From assembly GCF_001949145.1 (NCBI RefSeq), contig NW_019091358.1, positions 2,970,535 through 3,034,534 on the forward strand: DNA of 64,000 bases, written 5' to 3'. Shown here in pieces: positions 40,034-50,450 of the stretch (positions are counted from its first letter, which is position 1; every line of letters begins with the position of its first letter). The notes under the pieces are model-generated. The model made no database searches. It was not told where the DNA came from and worked only from the letters and a program-made list of their open reading frames with translations. The DNA is from Acanthaster planci (Eukaryota). The translations under genes were made by a program, and so were the position numbers.

Positions 40034-40140
40034 CCCCTCCCCCTCCCCCCGGATATCCCCCCCCCCCCGGATATCCCCCCCTGGGATATCCCTTCCCTCC
40101 CTCCTCCCCCCTCCCCGGATATCCCCTCCCTCCCCCTTCC
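40034..40140. repeat. C-rich low-complexity tandem repeat with four GGATATCC cores
   Basis: GGATATCC at 40051, 40069, 40084 and 40117, separated by C-rich spacers. Confidence 0.9.
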
Positions 40141-40674
40141 TGTCCTTGAGGAAATTAATACAGAGCCCATCACCCATTTACATCCCAAGGAGCTACAGCA
40201 GTTGTCCTTTCAGCAGAACTGTGGTTATTATGCCTCTTCAACGTTCTCTAGATGATGTGACACACTAGGGTTGTAGCATAGGGGAATCTGGAGAATGATC
40301 ACCGTATCAACCTGAAACCAAAAAATATCAAGGAACTAGGTAGAGACCATGTTGATATTAAAACCTTAAAAAATGTAATCCAAGCTATCTCACAATCGTC
40401 CTGTTGTCTCACTGTTAAAAATCTCTAAAATGCCACTTACTGTCACTGTTCCTCCCCCCCCCACAAGAAGAGGAGTGTCCATCTTCAGAAATGTGGAGGT
40501 CATGTGTTGGTGCACTTCACATCTCGATAATGTGTGCTTTGCAGTTGAGTACATTGGTAGGAGTATTCTGTCACTGTAGTTTTTATTCGTGTTCATGTAC
40601 GTTCTCATAAGTACATTGTATGGGTTTTAAAAACTACTCGAGTACTAGTCTGACCTGGAGCACTTCAGAGTATT

Positions 40675-40770
40675 ATAGTCAAGTCCATCACAAGTCCTTT
40701 TACAAGTCCAGTCACAAGTCCCTTTACAAGTCCAGTCACAAGTCCTTTTTCAAGACCTGTCATAAGTAAT
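40675..40770 (-). repeat. CAAGTC-based short tandem array related to the GACTT-rich element
   Basis: Repeating tcacaagtcc...ttacaagtccag unit. Confidence 0.7.
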
Positions 40771-41756
40771 CAAGTGAAATACATGTACATGTATGACAAA
40801 GGAATGCTTTTGTCACATTCATTTGAACAGCTTATGATGGGCATGTGATGGACTTGTAGGGACTTGTGATGAACTCGACTAGACGTACATGTACCACGCC
40901 CGGTTACCGCAGTAGATGGCATACCATTTGCGTGCAAATAAGTGAGTGTATGCAGCGTGTCGGCCTCGTGAGACATTATCGCTACAAGACTAAGCTGTCT
41001 CTTTTGAGAGTCAAGAAGCTTATCATCGCGAGGCGTATCAGGTCAGAGAAATAGTGTAACAGCTCTTTGGAGATCTCCAGATCAGTTGCAGGCTTAGTGT
41101 GGCCGAATTTACTCCTCGGAATTCCTCTGTGAGACCCACAGCTGGTCTGAAGTGTTGTGGCCTAGAAGTGTCATGTGTCGGAGACAAGTCCAAGGTGGTG
41201 ATGTTTGTGCTGAGAGAGATGTGTCTGAAAGTGCACAAGCCCTGTGTGATAGATGTGTGACTCAGACCATCCCTGGAGCATCGCATTGTCAGAATTCCCC
41301 CCTCCCCCTCCCCTTTCCCCCCCCCCCACACATGGACCCCTGTATCATCAGATAATGTCATTTTATACTTAACACTTGACAGTTGTTGCTTCAGTTTCAG
41401 GCGAGGACAGATCCAGGAAGGGGTAACGGGACCATGCCCTCCTTAAAAAAACAGGCAATTGTTTTTGTAGTAAAAAAAATAAATAATACCCCCCCCCGTA
41501 AGTGTGGGGCAATTTGGGGAGTCTTTTTTCTTCCCTTTTCTTTCAACATCATGTCAAACACCCTAAATCTACCTTCAATCCAGCAAGGCCATAAAAGATT
41601 ACAAAGAGAAACTCCCAAATTTTGGGCCCCCTTAAACCCCCCCCCCGAAAAATTGGCTGTCGATCCACTTTTGGTTTCTGCACATTTGTCAGGAATATGT
41701 TTGTTTGTTTCTTTGTTTTGTTTATATGCATGATCTGATGGGGTTTTTCACTGGGA

Positions 41757-41776
41757 CTCTCTCTCTCTCTCTCTCT
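41757..41776 (+). repeat. (CT)10 microsatellite within the polypyrimidine tract of SMG5 exon 41794
   Basis: Read directly from the sequence. Confidence 0.95.
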
Positions 41777-41793
41777 GCTTTTTATTGTTGCAG

Positions 41794-41884
41794 TTGTTGG
41801 TCACTTGGACCACTTCAAGAAGAAGCACTTTGAGGCCCGAGAAGCGAGCCGGTTCTTGGAGCAGATCCTGAAGAAGGGAAATAG
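41794..41884 (+). CDS. SMG5: SMG5 PIN-domain exon: (V)VGHLDHFKKKHFEAREASRFLEQILKKGN(R)
   Basis: (CT)n tract plus ttgcag acceptor, donor AG|gtcagt, phase 1 to 2. Matches VIDGLDLLKKEHPGARDGIRYLEAEFKKGNR. Confidence 0.94.
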
Positions 41885-42816
41885 GTCAGTTTAGCCTAAC
41901 CATGGGTGATTTAGGATCGTCAGAGACTTGCTGAAAATGTGAACTCCTCTTCCGATGCCAGTCCTCTCTAGTTCTTGTGTATGGGATAGGGATGGGGGGT
42001 GTTGTTTGAGGACTCATCATGCTCCCCCAAACCTCAGTGAAGCCCCCCAAAAAGAAATGTTAAGGATATACAGCATTTTCAGATTACTTTTTTGTAAAAA
42101 TGAGCAAAGTTTGCCTCAAAAGGGCAACAATTTCTTAACAAAATGTGGCAATTTTTCAACAATGTCAAAATTTTGTAAATGCATCTATGCTCTTAATCTT
42201 TTAAACTTGGGGATCAAGATTCTCTTACACATTCCATGAAGCTAGCTCCAGGAAGACACATCTGTGTTAACGTGACTTGTCACAACTGGCATGTGTTGTC
42301 AAGGGACTCGCAACCAGTTCAGTGTGCCACAAACCTTGGGAGATGGCTTCAATTGGCACATCACAAAATTTTGGCTCGCGTTCCGCACCTCAGTTGGAAT
42401 TATGATGCATCACAGCACATGGTGAAATCTGATGAATGACAGCTGAGGATGGACAGATACTGCAGCTAGAGACACGCTCCAAATAGTCAGCATTCGCTCT
42501 TGCTGTTTACAACACAGCAGGCGGAAGAACCAAAAGAATTTCATGTGGAAAGAAACCACCCAGAGCACTGTACAGCCCCCCCCAAAAAAAAACAACATTT
42601 TCAGCATGTCAGCCTGGGATTATAACAGATAAATTATATCACCATATTAGTGGAGGAGAGCCATAGCAAGAAAGCAGGCCAACGCAGAACAGACTGGAGG
42701 ACGTTAAACTGAAGATGATGAATTATGCTTCAGTGAGGGAATTAAAGATGAATGCACACAACTATAAACTAATTCAAAATGCAGAAATCTAAGTTTTATA
42801 TAATTCATGTCTCAAG

Positions 42817-42897
42817 GCATATCCGTGTCCAGCGACAACATGAGGTTCTTCAGCTCGACAAAGACAAGAAACCAAAGGACAAGGACAAGTCTATTAA
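42817..42897 (+). CDS. SMG5: SMG5 PIN-domain exon: HIRVQRQHEVLQLDKDKKPKDKDKSI(K)
   Basis: Acceptor tctcaag, donor AA|gtaagt, phase 2 to 2. R-HIRVQ matches SMG5 RYIRCQ. Confidence 0.88.
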
Positions 42898-42977
42898 GTA
42901 AGTTTTGGAAAGAGTGTACCAGATTCCTGCTTTCCTGATAAATTGGGGCGTTGTTTTTGTGTTGCCAATTCAAGAAG

Positions 42978-43400
42978 CAGTGTTGTAGTCGAGTACTTTC
43001 CAAGTACCAACGTTCTCCGCAAAATANNNNNNNNNNNNNNNNNNNNNNNNNNNNNNNNNNNNNNNNNNNNNNNNNNNNNNNNNNNNNNNNNNNNNNNNNN
43101 NNNNNNNNNNNNNNNNNNNNNNNNNNNNNNNNNNNNNNNNNNNNNNNNNNNNNNNNNNNNNNNNNNNNNNNNNNNNNNNNNNNNNNNNNNNNNNNNNNNN
43201 NNNNNNNNNNNNNNNNNNNNNNNNNNNNNNNNNNNNNNNNNNNNNNNNNNNNNNNNNNNNNNNNNNNNNNNNNNNNNNNNNNNNNNNNNNNNNNNNNNNN
43301 NNNNNNNNNNNNNNNNNNNNNNNNNNNNNNNNNNNNNNNNNNNNNNNNNNNNNNNNNNNNNNNNNNNNNNNNNNNCAAAAAGTACTCGACTACATCACTG
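42978..43400. mobile_element. hAT-superfamily element spanning the assembly gap, in the SMG5 intron before the last coding exon
   Basis: TIRs CAGTGTTGTAGTCGAGTACTTT and AAAGTACTCGACTACATCACTG (1 mismatch in 22). Exact 8-bp TSD TCAAGAAG at 42970-42977 and 43401-43408. Confidence 0.92.
43027..43375. other. Assembly gap (349 N)
   Basis: Run of N. Confidence 1.
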
Positions 43401-43615
43401 TCAAGAAGGCACAATTCATTGTAGGAGTTTGCTGTTCAAATTTTGATCTCAAAATATTACTCTTTAAACATATTCTAGTCTTGCATGTATAGAGCAAAAT
43501 TTCAACCCGGGCCCCTGACAGCAATTTATTTGATGTAGTAGAGGTGGTTAATCCATTCATCCGATTAAAAAAGTCAGGAATGGTCATTGCTCATTGTGCT
43601 TGTCTGTCATTCCAG

Positions 43616-43841
43616 AACTCTGTATCACATCATTGAGTGTGCCCTCTACTTCAGCCAGCGATCTGCTCTGCAAGGCAACGACAGCCATGACATGGTAACC
43701 GTCCTGACAGACTACCGGCCGGGCCAGCTGGCCGCATCCCCGCTAGCAATGGCAGCCGTGGAGATGGCCCAGGGCCGGGGCCTGCGCGTGGAGAATGCAT
43801 CAGAGTTTTACCATTCGTGGAAGAACTCGGTGCAGAGTTGA
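43616..43841 (+). CDS. SMG5: SMG5 last coding exon: TLYHIIECALYFSQRSALQGNDSHDMVTVLTDYRPGQLAASPLAMAAVEMAQGRGLRVENASEFYHSWKNSVQS-stop
   Basis: Acceptor tgtcattccag, phase 2, TGA at 43839-43841. TLYHIIEC, MVTVLT and EFYHSWK match SMG5 TLYKILDSC, MVTIIT and DFYKQWK. Confidence 0.93.
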
Positions 43842-44947
43842 AATCAGGAGGGAGACTGAATTGGAGACTAGCAGGACACAGCTTGCAGCCATGAAGGTAC
43901 GCATTTTCACCTTGATTTTTTTTCCAGTAGTTGTTATTTATTTTATCCCATTACCTGTCAGCGCATATAAAATACCTCACATTTCATGCTGAGATGATAC
44001 TTTGCTGAGAGTCATACCATGACCATACTTAATGGATTGGATCTTGACCACAAGGTGTAGTGGAACTGGATCAAATATGTGAGGGAAAACACCCTTCTCA
44101 CCAGAGATATTTATCATTTTTAAACTGCCCACATTTTTCTAATACCTCATTCGCCGCTGAAGATTTTTCAAGCTTTACGTATTGGTTGTTTTCCCAAAGC
44201 TTTCCCAATCTACCCCTCCATCTTCAGCATCCGGCATAAGTGATTTTTTTTCTAGGAATTTGACCCCCAAAATAGTGTGCCACACATCCTGTGAGTGCGA
44301 AGTCATCGATCTGAATCAGCATGTCATTCAGTATCATTTTAAAGCAAACCTTCATGTCAAAACTTCCAAATGTCCCCAAAGATGCATAGCCAGCTTGTCT
44401 GCGGGGAGTCTACTTAACTCAACTGACTCAGCAGAAGCTGCTTAAAGTGACCAGATACAGTACATTTATAAAGGTGGCAATTTTGAAGTGACATCTGCAT
44501 CGTGTGTACATGTAAATTCATTCTCGTCAAAAAAGTACTAGAAGCATGAATTTCACTGTATTCTCAGACAGTAGACATTCCAATCAATGGAAATGCAGAG
44601 AGGCTACCATTATTTAAAGTAGAAATTGCAACTCGTCATCCTCAGTGCAAAGCAAACAGCAAAATACTGAATACCACCTGATTTTAACTCTACCGAATGC
44701 AAACCCAATCGTGCAAAAATGAGCCCTCAAACACTTCGTACAAAATGCAAATCAAGTGCATGTACCTTTTTTTGTGTTATGAGAACACCATTTTAACAAC
44801 AGTGATGTAAACTTGCGCTGAGATTACACATGAATCAGTCATCCAGCTTCGTGTCATTAGTAAGAATACGAAGTATTTTAAATTTGGCAAATCCCAGTAT
44901 TGCAAAGAGTTAATCCACATTGCTGTGTCACTCATAATGATGTTTTT

Positions 44948-45066
44948 GGCTGCATCTGATTCTCTTGTCTAGAGTTAGGTCTAGGTCTTCACTCCATTGG
45001 AAATGCGTGGAAACGCGTAGACAATAGACCTAGCCGTAGCTCCGGAAGCCCGTTTCGGACACGACC
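44948..45066 (-). mobile_element. 119-bp PIF/Harbinger-like MITE, copy 3 (inverted)
   Basis: Reverse complement of copies 1 and 2; TTT on both flanks. Confidence 0.88.
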
Positions 45067-48000
45067 TTTGTAACAAAAAGTGTACTCATGATTGTGGCTG
45101 TACACAAATAAAAAAGGAAGCTTTGAACTCAGTAATATTAGTAGACTGATGGTAATTACTAAGCAAATGCATTGAAATAATTCCATGAAAAATTCCATCA
45201 ACTCATGGCTAATTAGATACTAACCTGTTGTCAGTTCTGACGGATGCATTATTTCCTCAGTGGCATGTGCAATTACACTTGACCCTGTGACACACATGAA
45301 GTGCTAAAAGAGGCAGCGCAAAAGCTACAGGTATGCATGCAACTTCAAACTGATTTATTCCCAACTGTTCTCACATGCCAAGCAAAGCCAGTATCCCCAG
45401 GTTGGTGGACCCCAGGCACCCTGATGCAGACCCCTCTCCCTTGAGGTTTACCCTCCAATGCCTTCAATTGATCTCGATTTATCTCTAGCCAGACAAAGGG
45501 TGAAGCAAGGCCACTAGAAACAAGACTTTATAATCTTGTGGCTGTACAGCAGTGACCTGTTCCAGCCAAGCCCTGTGATTGGTCTCGCCATGGTCTCACT
45601 AACGCCAGGCTGTGTGTCAGTGTTCGCCCAATCAGATTCTGTGCATGTGAGGCAGGTACATTGTATTCCCCCTGCATTGTTGCTGCAGTAGCCTCTACAT
45701 CTATCAACAGGAATTCACCGGAGAAACAGGAGGGGAGGGAAACAGTTTGTTTCTCCAAGTCAAAACAAACATGAAGTGACTTTGCTTTTCTTTCTTTCTT
45801 TTTTTTTTTAGATGTTTATTAGATTCTCTATCTGCAGGGTCACACAAACAAGGTGCAAGGTTTTTGTGATTTTGTTTTTCATTTAAGGGAATTTGGGGGA
45901 ATTTCGTTTGGAGCCATTTTGTTCCTGTATTCAAAAACTCTGTCTGTTTCTGGTAGTATAATGGTAGTGTGTGTACTTACAACTTCATTCTGTGAAGAGT
46001 ATATCATGGAGGATTAGGTTTTTACATGTGGAGATAAGTTATTGGTCTTATGCCTGTCCTCATGTTATCATTAGTCTTCATTCAGTTGATTGCCCATCCG
46101 TCCGGGTTCCAGTCTGTTGCAAATGAAAGCAGTAGTTGGGGGATGTTTGAATCAGTGCAAAACATTCCACATTGGCAAGTGATGTGGAAATTCCATTTCA
46201 TGAATTGATCGCCATCTGCACTCTGGGTGCACTTGTATGCTTTGTGGTTGCACATATAGTTCTTGTGTTTGTTTCTGGGTGAATGGCACCATCCAGCCAG
46301 ACAAAGAATGGCTTCTCGGGATGGGAGTTTGTACCCACATGTTGGAGCAATGTTGGAGCTTTTTCGCTCCATCACCAGCTGAGATTATGTATCTTTGACC
46401 TGCGGCCTCCATGTATCCAGCTACAGACTTCCAAACAAAAGCCCTCCATGTGGTTTGCGGTTGCCTGCGGTTTATCCATGGTTTATCCAAATGGGCCAAG
46501 GAAGCAACATTTGATCAATGCCACAATCAACTTTACAGAGCTCAGTCACTACTTGCCCATCAAGATTTTGTGACTTAATGGACAGCATACTTGGCTATTT
46601 TTTGTTGTCTCTGTAGGCAGTGATGCTAGATAAACTTGCCTTGATTTATGACCAATGTCAGGGAGTTAGCATACTTGATAAAAAACAAAACCAGATGATC
46701 TGTTCAAACCACAGAGTAGTTTAATCAAGGTGGACACCACAAACAGGATGGACACATTGTCTTATAAAGTTGCACAAGTAACCAATCTGGTATGATAGGC
46801 ACACCTTGTGGAAATATTTACATATTATCAAGTGGCAAAGTATGGAGACAAACTGTTGCTTGTGTACAGTATTTGTGCTTTACCTCACGCTTTGGTTCTG
46901 GTCCAGCCACCAGCCAAACAAAAGCCAGCATGCCTTTGTCCAAACATATTTCAGCAACCGCTGCACACTCACAGTGTTAGAATGTAACAGTTTTTTTTTC
47001 TCCTCTCCCCGCTAATGGAGTAATCTCAGCTTTAAGTAGGCTGTCCAGGCCTCACATGTTTTCTACATCTAGGTTGATCAGCACCAAATAATTTCTTGTG
47101 ATTTGTGGCACATGGTGCTCACTGAGGGGCAAAAGACTGATGTCCCTGGGATGCCAGCCTCCCTAGTGACCTCTCCCCCAGCCTGTCCACGATCTGAAAG
47201 GAAAAAAAAAAAAGGGTACATGTACACTGAAAACAGCTTGTGTTGCGGCATAGAGCCCACAAGGGGGAAGCATCACATTACAAGGTTAACATTTTATGGG
47301 AGCCATTTTTTTTTTCTCGTGGACCAGGAATTTATCCAGCAGGCCTTGTCAATAATTCCATTGAAGTGTTTCCAGAAGCGGCTGCTACAGCCGGATTAGA
47401 TTTATAGCAATTTGGTAAATTGGGAGTTATTTATTGATTTACCAGAATGAAGTGAGGTGTACTTTTTTTTTTCTTCTGGTGGGATTTCTTGAATGCTTGA
47501 AGGCCAAGACCTAATTATCTAGAAAAGAGTTTATTCCCCAGTTTAGCGTGATGTTCAAGTTGTACTGGTCTCTCTCTTTATGTGGGGTGTCTGTCCTGTG
47601 GTTCATTTCAAAAGATGTCACATTTTAACAGAAATTTGAGAAAAGGGAGTCTTCTACTTGGAAGTTCTTGCTTCAAACTGTACGTGTGCATGGGTAGGCA
47701 TTCAGTTTCCTTGTTAGGAAATTTGGGACCTCTTTTAATCAAACTATGTCCCATTGCATTGTCAGTCCCCACAATATAGGTGAAAGGACGGGTGTATGAC
47801 CCCACTACTACAGTACGCTGTGTGTGTGTTGGTGCCAAAAGTACAGTAACGCAAACACATAATTCATATACTTTTTTTTAATCATTAAAATTCTCAACCA
47901 CAATTTCAGTCTTATCTCAAATACTCACTCAATACAGGCACGGTTAACCAAATGCAAATAGGCCAAAACCGCGGTGCTGTTGTAATCACATGCAATGGAG

Positions 48001-48670
48001 GAGTCTCCTTTCAGTTTTCTTTTCAGCGGGATATGTTTGTTATTGTCCCGTTTTACTTTTGTAAACAAGGCCTTGGTCCATATGAGCTTATTAAAAAAAA
48101 AAAGAACGGGGAAAAAAAACAATCCAGCAGGAGGATCAGTTATGTTCTGCGCTGCGATCCCATTTCTATTGTGGTCTAAATGAATGGCGTGTCCCTGTTT
48201 CGGTGCTGATTGGCCTGTGTACATAGTTTCACTTTCCCATCCCAACAATGGAGCCCAAGCTTTTGTTACATTCTACGGTTTCATGTTTTGGTTTGGCACA
48301 CATGTGGAGACCATCCTAAATGGTGAAACCCGATGGGTGATACATTGGCTGCCTTTCTCTTTTTTTTTTCTCTTTTTTTTTTTTTTCTTCTTTTTTTTTA
48401 ACAATGGTTGTCATTCATCAAAACACAATTGGCTTGGAGTTTCCCAAGCCTGATTTTTTTGTGTTGTCTAGTTTTGCTTTGCCTCAAAGCTCTCTTATGC
48501 TGGGATGGTACCGGTTTTGGAGGGAGGCTCAAGTCTGAAATATGCCATTCTAGGCAAGAAGTGTCAAGAGAGAAAAAAAACAAAACCAAAAAAAAAACCC
48601 AAAATACCTCTTCCCTCTTTATATTGATCTAACCCTGTTAATTTTCAGCCATACACTCAAAAGAATGTAG

Positions 48671-48848
48671 AATAAAATAAAAAGTTTCTGTACTGTTTAA
48701 GAACTGGTGACTAAGACACGCCAGAGTAATCCATAACCTGTTAACGATGCAGTCATGGGTTCAAAAGTTGCAGGTTTTTCTTTGCATATTTTCTTTCTCG
48801 TTAAGAGCATGCCCACTTAAAAAATTAAATAATAAAACAATAATAAAA
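48671..48848 (+). promoter_or_regulatory. Cluster of AATAAA hexamers, candidate SMG5 polyadenylation signals
   Basis: AATAAA at 48671, 48676, 48831 and about 48843, after about 3 kb of T-run-rich UTR-like sequence. Another AATAAA at 45107. Usage cannot be shown from DNA. Confidence 0.3.
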
Positions 48849-49053
48849 TACCATTACATGTATAGGTAGGCCAACATGTATTGGGTTTTCACAGTTGAAA
48901 CACCATTAACTGACCACAGTCACATCTCGCAGATGCAATAGCTGTGTTAGATGTTCTAGTTTTTTTTTCCCTTCTCTTTTGGTTAGACAAGATCTCTCTT
49001 TACCACTCACAGAGTACACCATTGATGTACCATTGTTCTTAGCCATGGGTTCA

Positions 49054-49214
49054 CATACATGTACCTGCCAACCTGTCGTACTCCTTTCTGAGGTCAGGCA
49101 TCACCACATAATAGATTAGAATTTAAATGAACTGAGCACCCATTTGGACACCTTTTAATCTATTGTGTGGTATTGCCAGACCTCAGGAAGGAGTATGACA
49201 GGTTGGCAGGTCTG
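49054..49214. mobile_element. Fold-back MITE with CA(T/G)ACCTGCCAAC termini and arms of about 45-50 bp
   Basis: acctgccaacctgtcgtactcctttctgaggtcaggcatcaccaca pairs with tgtggtattgccagacctcaggaaggagtatgacaggttggcaggt. Confidence 0.85.
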
Positions 49215-50152
49215 GCTCCAAACCTCACTTCACAGTACATTACATCTCTACATGTGCACACCATTGGCTTAAGAGAACAGTGGTTTCTTGTGATTAGCCT
49301 TTTAGCATTTTTGTTTTAAAAACAGCATGGGAGGACGAAACAAGTTCAGGTAAACAAGAGTGCGTGCTAAAGAGTTTAAATGCAAACACGAGAAGGATCT
49401 CTTTTCTAATGTGGCCCAACCGAGTTACACTGCACAGGGGACCAACAAAAGAGACTATAACAGGAAATGAGAACAGTGAGGTGACCCCAGAGTCAATTAA
49501 ATGTTGTGTTTATGAAGTGAAACATTCTAGGGGAGACAGCCAAGTTATTTACATTAAAAGACTGCAAACATCTCAGACTCCAGCTGTCAACAGTGATTGT
49601 CCATTATGAAAGCATTACATACCACAGTCATGTGACCTTGCCATTTTCTCATTTATGTTCCACCCCACATGCTTGTGTTTGGGTTACCTTGGCAATTTCA
49701 AGTTTTTTTTTCCCCTTTTTTCCCCCTCCTTGAGGGAGATGTTTTGTTGGAACCCATCAGGTGGCAACACATGGTGTGGGCTGCTGAAATACCGCTTGTC
49801 TGGGCATGGCAACACTCCAATAAATCATTTATTTAAGGGAGGGCATTTTTTTGGCTTTTAATAAGTACACAGCCAGTGCAGTTGGAAATTGGGTTTGTTT
49901 TGTCTGGGATTCTTTTTTCCAGCCCCGAGAGGAACATTTAGGTTTATGGAATAAAAAGGCATTAGAACACCACAGGAAGACTTGAAATATAGAGAGAGCA
50001 GTAAACTTTACTGTGAATTTTTCATTTGTTTGTTCTCCAAAACTCTACAAAATTAGCAACATTTAATGGAATCACGTAAACATTGAGTTCAAGCACTTTT
50101 AAAATTCAAAGTAGATCAAGTTTCCTCTGAGAAGATTTACCGAAACCAAATT

Positions 50153-50450
50153 TGTGACCAGATCCCATAAAATGAGTTTGAGGCTATTTTTTGTAATACA
50201 GGTAATTTTGTTTCAAGAAAAAAAACTTTTGGAATTTATTTCAGTTTGCAGTTATGAGTAAGAAGTGCAAGTTGGCCTGTTTATTTTGATGTATTGCTCA
50301 TTTTGGCATACTGTTGACAATACACATTACATGTTTTAAAAGGTCAAATGATGTTAAAGGCTCTTATTGATTTACATTAAGCAAGATTGTAAAGATGTGT
50401 AACTCAGAGCGGGCTCATCTTGGGACTGATTTTGTTTTGTTTGGGTCACA
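50153..50450. mobile_element. Old MITE with TGTGACC termini
   Basis: tgtgacc...aaaatgagt at left and actgatttt...ggtcaca at right. A similar left end occurs at about 2614. Confidence 0.4.

Noticed and set aside
39928..40255. Pro-rich and Gly-rich ORFs
   Set aside because: Translations of the C-rich GGATATCC repeat.
42812..43446. 157-200 aa ORFs
   Set aside because: Artefacts of the N gap.
43839..43859. Stop-codon readthrough of SMG5
   Set aside because: Context TGA-A is not the leaky TGA-C type, and a second in-frame TGA follows after five codons.
43830..43896. Alternative acceptor at 43835 joining exon 42897 to the +1 frame
   Set aside because: Phase-compatible, but has no polypyrimidine tract and would delete the end of the PIN fold.
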